This document shows positions 38,531 through 51,254 of a stretch of DNA of 64,000 nucleotides, piece after piece. The notes under the pieces are model-generated. The model ran no database searches and was not told the origin of the DNA. It worked only from the letters and a program-made list of their open reading frames with translations. Each line of letters begins with the position of its first letter. Positions within the stretch are counted from its first letter, which is position 1. The translations under genes and the position numbers were made by a program. Origin of the DNA: Eledone cirrhosa (taxonomy: Eukaryota); NCBI GenBank assembly GCA_964016885.1, contig OZ024744.1:103726001-103790000 (forward strand), given 5' to 3'.

Positions 38531-39599
38531 TACCTACACTCTAGGGATATTATATCTTTCACACAACTGAAGAATCTTTCTGACCTTTTACTAGTCTGGT
38601 TTTCTATGACTAGATGCCCTTCTCATTACAGGGTGTACTGAATGTGTTTTATGTAAATCACAAACACTAGGGAGGTTGTAATGTTCACCCAACCCTTCGT
38701 ATGGTAAGTTTTTCATAGCTTGATTCACCAACCACTCAACAGAATATTGTGTTAGTATTTATCATGTAGATTACTAACACTAGAGAGTTTGTCATACCAC
38801 TGACCCAATTGTATGCTCAAACATTTTTTAGCAAGGTTTCTACAACGAGTTGACCTAATAAACAGAAGGACCTCATATGGTGTGACCTCTGATACTATGC
38901 TGATGTTTACTACAATGATAGCAACCACTAACATGTGTGATGAGGGGAGCGTAAATGAAGGGATAGTTTATAGTAAAGGGGACAACATTTACTGTTGTCA
39001 TAGAGGAGAGTGTATATATATGTATATATATAAATATATACTATTTTGGTAAATTAAATATTTATCAATATATCGATTTATCATGATCAATCAACAGTCT
39101 GAAATGATCATAAAACAATAAACTAATTAACAACCTATATTCGCTTTTGTTTTATTTTCAACCTACCCTCCACATGATTAGCCTGATACATTTTTAGATC
39201 ACTGGTGTATATTGAACACCAGTCTAGAAAATAACATGAAATATAGAAAATAATAGTAAACCTACATTGATATGAGTATCAGTCTGTATATATATATATT
39301 TATGTATGTAGGTGTACATGTATGTATACATTATCATCATTGTCATCACCATCATCATCACCATCATCACATTTATCACCATTATCAATCTGTATTCAAT
39401 CAGAGTTATTGACCTAACAGATGGTCTGGGGCCACATCTCATTTATAAATGTTCCTACACTCTACAAAGTGTGCCAGCTGTATTTTATCATTGCAATAGC
39501 AGGATGCCATGTATTTGACACAACTAAAGTGTCCTCTTAATTCTTTGTATGATGAGTTTTATGTGGCAGGATACTCTTCCAATCACTAAGCAGGGGAGA

Positions 39600-40600
39600 T
39601 ATATCAATTTAGATCAATACGATGCTTGGCAATAAAGGATATGAAGACAGGCAAAGCAGCCAGGCCGTCAGGAATATTTTCTGAGATGCTGAAAGCATCT
39701 GGGATGGTAGGTCATACTATAAGCACCCATTTTGTATACCAACTAATACAAAATGGTACTGTACCTAATGACTGATATAGCAATGGCATCCTCAATTGCT
39801 ACAAGAATATAAGTGATACACAAGATAGAGGAAACTACTGAGGCATCAAACTGATGGACCAGGTCATAAAAGTTACAGAAAGAATCATTGTACAACTGAT
39901 TAGGGATAAAATTAACCTAGATGAAATGCAGTTCAGATTTATACCATGAATCTCCTTTTCCTTGAGAGCTAACTGCAGAAGTACCTAGCAAAAATAAACC
40001 ACTCTATTTTGTATTTGTTGACCGGGAGAAAGCTTTTGACAGGGTCGCCCATTCAGTAATTAGGAAACTAGGGTCAGATATGAGGCTTGTGAGGGCAATA
40101 CGAGCCATGTACAGAGGTGAAGTCAGCAAGGTTATAACTGATGACTATAGTGAGGAGTTTAGCATGCAACTTGGGGTCCACCAGAGCTCTGTCCTTATCG
40201 TTCTCCTGTTTATTATCATCATCCAGGCTATAACAGAAGAATTTAAAATAGGGTACCCAGGGGAACTCTTGTATACTGATGATATAACTCTCATAGCTAA
40301 ATCTATGGTAGATCTAAAGAAACAATTCATAGTCTGGAAGCATAATCTGCAATCAAAAGGTCTTAAAGTCAACTTGGTAAAGTCCAAAGTTCTAGTAAGT
40401 AGTAAGGAAAACAAGGTCCTGATCCCTTCTGAGAAATAGCCCTACACAGTTTATAGGAAAGTGTTGAGTAGAAATTCCATCCTCTGTCCCAAATGCAAAC
40501 TATAGGTACAAGAAATGTAGCAAGATGTCAGGTAGGTTAGCAAAGAACATGGGTTTTACATGTGGCCATTGCACAGGAGCATTGAGCAGCTCCAGCTCAC
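39600..40600 (+). mobile_element. Decayed RTE LINE RT fragment
   Basis: GVHQSSVL..ELLYTDDITL..GLKVNLVKSK. Confidence 0.8.
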
Positions 40601-40604
40601 AAGA

Positions 40605-41632
40605 AACACAGATTGACTTTCAGGAAGAACACAATCTGCAATGTGTGTCAGCAGACAGTCCAGAAGCATCCTACATAAAATATTCACTATCCTGCCAAAC
40701 AAAGAGTGAAGATGTTGCAGAAGTCTCTCATCACCATATTGTAAGAGCTCTGGATGTAAACCATCCATACCTGGAGACCTTCATCTGTTCAGCTTCGAGA
40801 CAGCTACTGCAACCTCCTCTAACGTTGGTAGTTCTGTGAGAGCTACTTTCACAGGTTTTTCGGGGATAAGATTGAGGAAATCTTTATTGACAATAGATGG
40901 CTGATTCAAAAGTTCATCAAAGTGCTCTCGCCACCCTTGCAGAATTCCCTGTGAGTCACAAAGAAGCACCTTGCCATCCCTGCTGTGAAGCAGTGACACC
41001 AGAGAAGAAGACGGTCCATAAACTTCATGCAAGAGATTGTACAACAGCTTTGTGTTATTGGAATCTGATGCAGCTTGTTTCCCATCAGCCTTCTCACTCC
41101 ACCACATATCCTTCATCTGAGACAGACTCCGCCTCACACGTGATTTCATATCCTTGAGTTCTTTATGCAACATATTCTTCTCCTGTGGCTTCACTGCCAA
41201 GTAGCGTGACAGAGCACGCCTCTTATCAGCCAACAAGTCTTCTATATGTTCATCATTTTCTTTAAACCAGTCTTGATGCTTTCTTTGCACCAATCCCAGA
41301 ACATGCCTGCCTACATCATAAACCGATTTTTTAAGGGTCAGCCAATCCTTACCAATATCTGCAACATGCATCTCTTCTCGCAATGTTCTCTTCACACTAT
41401 TATCTCTAAGACAAGCAGCATTCAGTCTTCGAAGCAGGGTTACACCAGGAGCCCAGATTTTACATTTTGTAATGAATTTCACTTTTGAACATACCAGGCA
41501 TTGGTCCTTCCAACATTTAGCCCCACGAAGAACACAAACACACTGCACATCCCATCTGTCATGCAGCTTAACAAGGATGTAGTCCACTGACGATGTTGAT
41601 CTTTTCTTCTTTTCAGGTTATAGCTACTGTCA
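40605..41632 (-). mobile_element. Deleted copy of the RTE family found at 45993-50350
   Basis: ORF 40781-41587 aligns with 47661-49037 (RKHQDWF, LHEVYGPSSS) and is fused to a piece of the 5' UTR. Confidence 0.85.
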
Positions 41633-41730
41633 CACATACATACATATGTACATACATATATACACACAAATGCGTGAATGAATACATACATACACATGCC
41701 CGAATGTATACATACATACATACATACATA

Positions 41731-44190
41731 CAGATCACTATAGTTATAAAATGCAACATAGAGAGCAACTTCACAAGACATTAGGAAGACTTAAGAAAAA
41801 CAACTAGAGAGACGATTTGGAGACACTACACCAGTTAAAACAACTCACAGCTGCAGCAGAAAGACTAAAATATAAGTCAACAGCACATAAACAGCAAGTG
41901 CTAAATAGATTATTTGCCAGAGATCCTAAATCGGTTTATCGCAGCTTCAATGAGAAAAGCTCAATCTCTGTAAATGACACTCCTTCTAAAGAACAGGTTG
42001 AGAGCTACTGGAGATCTGTATGGGGAACACATGATGGATTTAACAGACAAACTAAATGGCTAAAAGAACTGAAACAGGAATACTGCCAGTATGTCCAGAC
42101 AAAACAATATGACATAGATAGGTCAATACTGGAAACAGCTCTACAGAAAATGTCAAATAGAAAATCACCAGACCCAGACCTCATAACAGGATACTGGCTG
42201 AAGAATTTCACTTCCTATTGGCAAGATCTCATATGGTTGTTTAGAGAAACCATCAAATGCACACAAGAACTGCCACAATGGTTATCAACTGCCTCTACTC
42301 TCCTCATATCCCCAAATAGCCAAACCACCCTTGCTAAAAATTACCACCCAATAGCCTGCCAGAACATTATGTATAAATTATACACTGGGTGCCTTAATCT
42401 GTTCTTACAGGATCATTGTACCACCAACAAAATTATAACATCTGAGCAAGCTGGTGGAAAGAAGGAGGTGTGGGGCTACATAGATCACCTACTAACAAAT
42501 AAAATGATACAGGAAAAAACAGCAAAGAATTGCAGGAACATGACTGTGGTGTGGCTGGACTATCAGAAGGCTTTTGATAGTGTATTATTAAGGCTTTACA
42601 GTTAGCCAAAGTCCCACAACCACTAGTAGCTGCTGTTGAACGCCTGACCAAAAACTGGTACACCAATTTGATCCTTAGGGGTGAGAAGGAGCAAATTAAG
42701 ACTGATACAATACACTACCAGAAAGACATCTTTCAGGGTGATACCTTATCAGTGCTGCTCTTTGTCCTCTCACTAAACCCTCTATCGTACTTGCTCACAA
42801 AACAAAGTGGTCATAGAAGTGGGTCCAGAAGTATCTCCCATCTTTTCTTTGTTGATGACCTGAAGTTGTATGGGCCAAATATCAATTATATTAAAAACAA
42901 TTGAACCTCATTACACAATTTTCTGCAGACATCAGAATAAAATATGGTGAGTCCAAATGAACATATTGACACTAAAATGTGGAAGGGTTGTTCCCTCCTC
43001 TGGAAATCTAGGGATGAATGGCTTGACAATACAACCTCTACAGTCAGGTGATAACTACAGATATCTTGGGCAGGATGAGAATGTCAGATATGATGGACCA
43101 ATAAATAAGGAGAGAACCAGAAGTGAATACCTCAAGAGATTAAAGGAAATATGGTCATTAGAACTATCAGTGTACAACAAATACATTGCCCACAATACTT
43201 ATTTTATGCCACCAATCCTAACACCAACATTTGGTCTACTGAACTGGTTATTGCAAGAATTAAGTGAGACCGATGTAAGAATTTGCAAGCTTCTCAGTGT
43301 TACTGGAAACTTTAACATCAATGGTGATGTGGAGAGGCTATACTTCTCACACAAGGAAGGTGGCTGGGGTCTAAAATCCATATTAACATCATACGAGACT
43401 TGGATAGTAACACTGAAGCAACATCTTCAACAAGAAAAAGGTCAGCAACCATCTTGCCCAAGTTTATGACATCCCACCTTGAAGGATATCTCTATGCAAT
43501 ACAGGAACAAGAAATCCCTACCAAATATCTGCTACACAAAAGAGGAGGGCCATCAGTCAACAATAAATGTAGGCTATGTAAAACAAAGATCTAAGATGTT
43601 AGCCTCATTATTGCCAACTGTGAAAGAATGTTGTCTCGCTACTACCTCCCTATGAGACACGATGTGATAACTAGAACCATCTGGAATGCACTAAGAAAAA
43701 CAAATGAGGAGGAATATGTTGAGATAGATGGCACTAAAGAATACTGGTGGAACCTGAAAATAAGAACTGCCACCAAATTAAAGCACAACCGGCCTGATAT
43801 TGTTATTTGGGACCACACATTAAAAACATGCTCAGTTGTAGAGATCAGCTGCCCATTTGATGTCAGCATTGTAAGAAAGATACAGGAGGAGGATATCTCC
43901 GGGCCATTGATGAGGAGTGTCCAAGAAACACCTTCAGCTTCATACCCTTCATTGTTGGAGCTACAGGTTATATAACAACCTGCTTGGACCAAAGTATGAT
44001 TGAACTTGGATTTGTGGACAAAGAGCACAGCTCCCTAATTCTTAGACTCAAATGGCTGCAATAGTTGGCACCTTTAAAATTTGCAAAGCATTCTTGTGAT
44101 TCAAGGGATGACAATTTCTTTTCTTTTACAACCTTGCAACCAAGAAGGTGGTCAGTCAAAAATATACTCAAAATTAAGAGAAAGAGAAAC
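41731..44190 (+). mobile_element. Divergent R4/Dong-like non-LTR element (RT and RLE), decayed
   Basis: WLDYQKAFDSV, IFQGDTLS, HLFFVDDLKLY, YRYLG, CRLC, MRHD and HNRPDIVIWD..VEISCP motifs; (CATA)n at both junctions. Confidence 0.9.
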
Positions 44191-44198
44191 TTACATAC

Positions 44199-44815
44199 AT
44201 GATGGCTTCCCCCTCGTTATTGAGTATGGCCATTGCACGATATAACATTACTAATAATTATCAATTAATGCTATCGTGCAATGCATGTGTATGAAGATTT
44301 TTTTAAAGTGAGGAAAAACTGTACATTGAGCCAATCCCACTCTCTGAGTGACAATAGCTATAACCTGAAAAGAAGAAAAGATCAACATCATCAGTAACTA
44401 CTGAGCCGCAGGTTTTATGTCAGAGTTCTCCCAGTTCCCTGAGTTGCCTTTTTCTAGAAGAATGCCCTAACAAAGGCTAGGGGTTCTTCACTTCCAGTGG
44501 TTTAACTGCACGATTGGGTACCCAGCCCGATTATTTCTATGTCCCCACGCATATATGCATATACATATATACATATATATACATACATACACATGCATAT
44601 ATTCATATACATGTTTACACACTTTTGGATGACCGTTGACTCTTATGAGTTCTTCCACCCTTTGTCAGGTTTGTTTTTGTCCTACAGGGTGTCCAAAATC
44701 ACGCTCCTAACCAAGTAAACTTGGTGGAGTTGCTGGTTTAGTCACCAACAACCCGACCATACGACAGGTTGTACTAGGTTACATATTACCAGTAACACTC
44801 AAGAGTGACCTGACA
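44199..44815 (-). mobile_element. Bipartite non-autonomous RTE derivative with an internal microsatellite
   Basis: 44199-44243 matches the RTE 3' end at 45993; 44270-44548 matches 50075-50350; 44625-44815 matches 18540-18733. Confidence 0.7.
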
Positions 44816-44839
44816 TAGCATACATACATACATATATGA

Positions 44840-45938
44840 TATGTGATAATCAAAAACTCACACCCAGGGAAGTCGCTCAGCAGTATCGCAGTGAATCCAT
44901 GTATGAAAAACTGCATGCTTATCAGCAAAAAATCATGCATGGATATGTTGCCAGGAAGCTCCAGAGCGAGAGTAATATAGATAAGGAAAGTATTCTATCT
45001 TGGACCAACAACCCCTATATTGGCTCCCACTTTGAAGGATATGCTTTTGCAATCCAAGAACAGGAGATTAGCACGAAATACCTGATTCACAAAAGAGATA
45101 GGGATGCAGGCAAAACACCTAGATGTGATAACAAGTCCAGACTCTGCAGAATTAACATCGAAGATGTCACCCACGTCATAAGCAGCTGTCCAAAGATGTC
45201 ATCGCGGTACTATCTACCTATGAAGCATGATGTAGTGGCCAAAACACTGTACAATGCAATCCATAGAAAAGATAGTCCCAATAATAAACACATTAAAAGC
45301 TACAGCAATGTGGAAGACATACATATACATAATATGAAAGAGTGCTGGTGGAATGTTCCAGTAAAAACCCCAATAAAATGCAGGCATAACAGACCAGATA
45401 TTATGATATGGGACAGGGAAAAGAAGGCATGCACAGTAGTGGAAATTAGCTGCCCAGCAGATGCCAATATAATATCAAAGATTAGTGAAAAGGAGAATAT
45501 TTATGCAGAACTGATGAGAAATATGCAGATACTCCATCCTGATTATACCTTCAGATTTATACCTGTGATTATTGGGGCACTGGGATATGTTAGTAACTGC
45601 CTCAATACAAATCTTGAGAAGCTGGGCTTCACAGGAACAGAAAGAACACAACTAGTTAGGAAATTACAAGTACAATCCATTAATGGAGCAATAAAAAATA
45701 TGTAAAACATTCCAAAGATTTTGCATCTAATAACTGCATATACACATGTACAGATACAAAGCATATACACATGCACACATACAACTCAAAACATACACAT
45801 CTACACATACAATAACATCCATACCTACACATGCATGCAGACATATCTACCTAGTTGATGTTGTGTAAATTCCAATGAGAGAGTCTTGTATCTATGTTAG
45901 ATACCGACTCTCTCTCTATTGGTAAAACCAGAAGAACA
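44840..45938 (+). mobile_element. 5'-truncated R4/Dong-like element, the best-preserved endonuclease region
   Basis: ORF 44836-45705 contains the knuckle, KHD, RPD..E and KENIY motifs; the element ends in a long (CATA)n. Confidence 0.9.
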
Positions 45939-45992
45939 TACATACATACATACATACATACATACATACATACATACATACATACATACATA

Positions 45993-48900
45993 CATGATGG
46001 CTGCCCCCTCGTTATCGAGTATGGCCATTGCACGGGGAGAAAAAAAAAATATTTATAGATAAATAAAAAATTAAATTAAATAAAAAAAAGAAATATATAT
46101 ATATATACACACACATATACATATATACACACATATATATATATACATACGCACATATACATTAATAACAACAATAATAATAATAATAATAACAACAATA
46201 ATATACATATACATATATATATACACACACACACACGCGCACACATAAACATAGCTATACACACACACACACACACGATAGCAACTAACAGCGCTGCGAT
46301 CGAATGTGGCTTTTTAGCCCAGCCAATGATCTAAAATGTTTTGCACAGAGTCGGCAACCAAAACATTCACTGGGAATAGTCGGCTGTGGTTGGAGTTCGT
46401 GTACTTTTGCATGTCGCTTGAGCCCTCCTGCTGATTTACATTCTCTACCACATGTTTGGCAAGCATGATGTGTAGCATCTCCAACAACAGCCTGGTAGTC
46501 AACCACTGGTCTTATTTTATGACTACGAAGATGACTTTCGAGTCCAGCTTTGCTTAGGCAGAGTCTCGCACAGACGCTGCATGACAGCACCATAGGCGGA
46601 CCCTCGCCGTCTGGAAGTGCAACAGCAATGCCCTTCCTCACATCCCGCTTTACTTTCTCGTATGTGATTCGAGATGCCTCAAAGGCAACTTTTCCCTCAT
46701 ATACAGTCTTTCTCCATTTATTACAATCGGTAGCAATATTTTCCCATGTATCAGCAGAGATGTTAGCGTCTTTCAGAGAGGCTTTCAAAGAATCCTTATA
46801 CCTCTTTTTTGGTTTATGTGGTGGTCGTTTTCCTTTAACCAACTCTCCATAAAAGAGTTGTTTTGGTATTCTAGAATCCTTCATCCTGGCAAGGTGACCA
46901 CTCCAACGGAGTCGTTGCTTAAGCACAAGCGCTTCTATACTGTCACACATAGAGCTTTCCAAAATCTCGACATCACTGATGTGGTCCCTCCAGTGAACGC
47001 CATGGATCCATCTGAGACACATCTGATGGAAACGCTCCAATTGCCTAAGGTGGTGCCGATATGTGACCCAGGTCTCACAGGCATAAAGAAGACAAGAGAG
47101 CACACATGCCCTGTACACCTTTCCCTTTGTCCTCCTGCATATATCTCGCAGACCCCAGAATCGCCTTTCTAGCTTTCCGAAAGCATCACTTGCTTTCCTA
47201 ATCCTAAGTGAGATTTCACTGTCAAGGTTGCTGTATCGATTGACAGTGCTTCCCAGGTAGACAAACTGATCAACCACTCCAAGTCGTTTACCATACACAT
47301 AGATATTTGGTTCAGTGTACTGCTTACCAGGGGCAGGTTGGTACATGACGACGGTTTTCTTGAGACTGACAGTCAAACCTCGGGCAGTGCAAGCGTCAGA
47401 AAATGCATTCAAAATGTGCTGCATATCACTCTCTGTGTGCGCTACAAGATCACAATCATCTGCATACAAGAGGTCTCTTATGATTGATGTAAATACTTTT
47501 GTCTTTGCAGCAAAGCGCCTGATGTTAAATATGCTGCCTGAGGCTCGATATCGGATGTAAACACCATGCTCGCAATTCCTGAATGCAATACAGAAAACCA
47601 TTGCAAAGTATATGGCAAACAGGGTCGGTGCTGGAATATCCCCCTGTTTCACTCCATTTTTTACTGAGATAGGCTCCGACATGTTCCTCCGACATTAACC
47701 CAAGCCTTCATGTCGTCATGGAAAGACCTAACTAAAGCAAGGAACTTATCAGGGCAACCAAGTTTCTGGAGAACCTTCCATAATGCATTTCTGTTAACAG
47801 TGTCGAAAGCTTTTGTCAGATCGACAAAAACCTGATACAGATCCAAACCTTGTTCCATGCACTTCTCCTGGAGCTGTCTAGCTGAGAAGATCATATCAGT
47901 AGTGCCACGTCCAGCACGAAATCCAGATTGACTTTCAGGAAGAACACAATCTGCAATGTGTGTCAGCAGACAGTCCAGAAGCACCCTACATAAAACTTTC
48001 CCTACAACAGAAAGCAATGATATACCTCTGCAGTTTCCACAATCATTCCTGTTACCCTTTCCCTTGTACAAGACCACCATTACTGCATCTCTCCAGTCCT
48101 CAGGTATGGATTCATTAGCCCATATCCTGCCAAACAAAGAGTGAAGATGATGCAGGAGTCTCTCACCACCATATTGTAGAAGCTCAGCATGTATGCCATC
48201 CATACCTGGAGACCTTCCACTGTTCAGCTTCGAGATAGCCACTGCAACCTCCACAAGCGTCGGAGGTTCTGCGAGAGCTACTTTCTCAGGACTCTCTGGA
48301 ATGAGATTGAGGAAATCTTCACTGACGACAGACGGCTGATTCAAAAGATCATCAAAGTGCTCTCGCCACCTTCGTAGAATTCCTTGTGAGTCACGAAGAA
48401 GTTCTTTGCCATCCTTGCTGCGAAGCGGTGTCACCAGAGAAGAAGACGGTCCATAAACCTCATGCAAGAGACTGTACAACAGCTTTGTGTTATTGGAATC
48501 TGACGCAGTTTGTATCTCACCAGCCTTCTCACTCCATCACTTATCCTTCATCTGCGAAAGACTCCGCCTAACACGTGATTTTACATCCTTGAGTTCCTCA
48601 TGCAACGTATTCCTCTCCTGTGGTTTTGCCGTCAAGTAGCGTGACAGAGCACGCCTCTTATCAGCCAACAAGTCTTCTATATGTACATCATTCTCATTAA
48701 ACCAGTCCTGATGTTTTCTCTGCACCAATCCCAGAACACGCCTGCCTACATCATAAACCGACTTTTTAAGGGTCGGCCAATCCTCACCAAGATCTGCAGC
48801 CTGCATCTCTTCTTCCAATGTCCTCTTCACATTTTTATCCTTAAGACAAGCAGCATTCAATCTTTTGGGAGCCCGGATTTTACATTTAGTGATTAGTTTC

Positions 48901-50350
48901 ACTTTTGCACGTACCAGGCAGTGGCCCATCCAGCACTCAGCTCCACGAAGAGCACGAACACACTGCACATCCTGTCTGTCACGCACCCTGACTAGGACGT
49001 AGTCCAAAAGATGCCATTCCTTAGATGCAGGATGCATCCATGTGGTCTTGAATTAGTTCTTTTGTTGGAACATGGTGTTGGTAACACACAGATCCAGCTC
49101 CTCACACATCTGCAGCAAGAGCATACCATTGTTGTTACACTTTTCCACCCCATGCCTTCCAATTACATTCCATATGTTAAAATCCCTACCCACTCTAGCA
49201 TTAAAGTCACCAAGCACGATGACTTTGTCTGCCTGAGAGATATTTCTTAAAACACCTTTCAAGGCATGGTAAAAGGACACTTTTTCTTCATCAACAGAAT
49301 TCATAGTTGGAGCATACACACTCACCAGGGTCGCATATCTTCCTTTGTCCAGCGGAATTCTCATGGACATAAGACGCTCACAAATCCCTACTGGGAATTC
49401 TTCTAATTTATTCACAAGTACAGTCTTAACAGCAAATGCTACCCCAGCCTCTCTTCTGGTTCCTTCATCTCTTCCTTTCCAGAAGAATGTATATTCTCCA
49501 CAAAATTCTGTAAGATGACCATCTCCAGCCAACCTCGTCTCAGATAAAGCCACGATGTCAAGATCGTAACGTCGAAGCTCCTTTGCAACATGAGCGGTCC
49601 TTCGTTCAGGACGCTCCAAGGAATCCCTGTCAAGCAGCGTCCGTACGTTCCAGCAGCCAAGACTAAATGCCCTGTTTGGCTCTATTACAATGGCACGATG
49701 ACGAGTGGGCCCAGGCTGTGATAACCTGGGGCCCCTGCCCTTATTGCCAATTTTTTTGTTCCAGAACCTAAATCGCCAATTATCTCTTTTATATTGTTCT
49801 GGAACATCATTGAATTTGAAAAAAAAAAAAGTAATAATAATAGTAACAATAATAATAATAATAATTGTTTCTACTTTAGGCACAAGGCCAGCAATTAACC
49901 AGTGCATTACTGGTACTTTATTTTATCGACCCCGTAAGGATGAAAGGCAAAGTCAACCTCGGCGGGATTTGAACTCAGATCGTAAAGGGACGTAACTATG
50001 CTGGAAAGCATGGCGTCCGACCCTCTACCGATACTGCCAATCCACCGCCCTTTTATTAATAATTATTAATGCACTCGTGCAATGCCTGTGCGTGACGAAT
50101 ATTTTTAAAGTGAGGAAAGACTGTGCACTGAGCTAAATCCCACTCTCTGAGCGACAGTAGCTATAACCCGAAAAGAAGAAAAGATCAACATCATCGGTAA
50201 CTACTGAGCCGCAGATTTTATGTCGGAGTTAACCCAGTTTCCTGAGATGCCTTCTCCTAGAAGAATGCCCTGACAAGGGCTAGGGGTTCTTCACTCCCAG
50301 TGGTTTAACTGCGCGATCGGGCATCCAGCCCGATTATTTCTATGTCCCCG
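45993..50350 (-). mobile_element. Near full-length, relatively young RTE LINE with three C-terminal C2H2 fingers
   Basis: ORF pieces 49053-49907 (APE), 48537-49037, 47661-48479 and 46285-47682 (RT with LYADD, then fingers). (TATG)n tail; a SINE is inserted in the 5' UTR. Confidence 0.92.
49866..50050 (-). mobile_element. tRNA-derived SINE nested in the RTE 5' UTR
   Basis: Reverse complement of 37641-37817 with an (ATT)n tail. Confidence 0.75.
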
Positions 50351-51254
50351 CGCAAAAAAACTAAAAAAAAACTCACTTATTGACACTTATACGTACGACA
50401 CACACACACGCGCATACATACGCGCGCACACATACGCATACATACACGCGCACACAGCAACACTCATACATACAAACAAACACACACACGCTACTCACTC
50501 ACACACACATATATATATATATATATATTACCGTCATTACTGATACAAGATTACAAGATTATGTCAACTGTTGACTTTCAAGAGTTTGTATAGTTGAAGC
50601 CGATCGTATTACAGTCCAGTATTATTATAATTGCTTTACAGCATAGAGTCACGGCCCTCCACGCTCTGAGCTCAAATCCCGCCGAGGTCAACCTTGCCTT
50701 TCATCCCCACGGAGTCAACAAAAGAGAGTACCAGTAATGCGCTGGACCAGTCGCTGGATCCGTGCCAAAAGCAGAAAAATTAATATTATTAAAGTTGTTT
50801 TCTTAAGGCCCGGTCGCTGGTGATGGTGATGGTGGCGGTGGTGGCAGTTGATGTTGTTTGTTTGTGGTTCTTTTTTTTTATCGTTTGATGCCGCTGTTGT
50901 TGTTGTTGTTGTTGTAAATGTTCATTTCAGTTCATTCTGAAGCTGTTGTTGCTGTAAACATTAGTGCCGGTGTTGTTGTTGTAGATGTTGGGGTTGAAAT
51001 CTGGTCGTTTGACTGAGTGATGTATATACACACATATACATACATATATATATATACACATTCAACACAGAGTAGAGAGTTTGACAACAGTTCGATGACT
51101 TTAGTCTAGATAGGGTAATGACATGTGATGGTGGGGAAAGAGTGTAGACATTATTGTGGTGGTGGGGGACAGTGAGATGTATCTAGTTCATTTGTCCGTT
51201 TTCTTCTCTTTGCAAAATTTGAATTTTAGCCATGTTATATTGAGATGTAAGTAA

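Noticed and set aside
46285-46600. Host C2H2 zinc-finger gene
   Set aside because: The fingers are in frame with the RTE reverse transcriptase and belong to the element.
51200-51254. 17-nt AG..GTAAGT micro-exon next to the LTR insertion
   Set aside because: Length is not a multiple of 3, its ATG is followed by a stop, and there is no paralog support. Such motifs arise by chance in AT-rich DNA.
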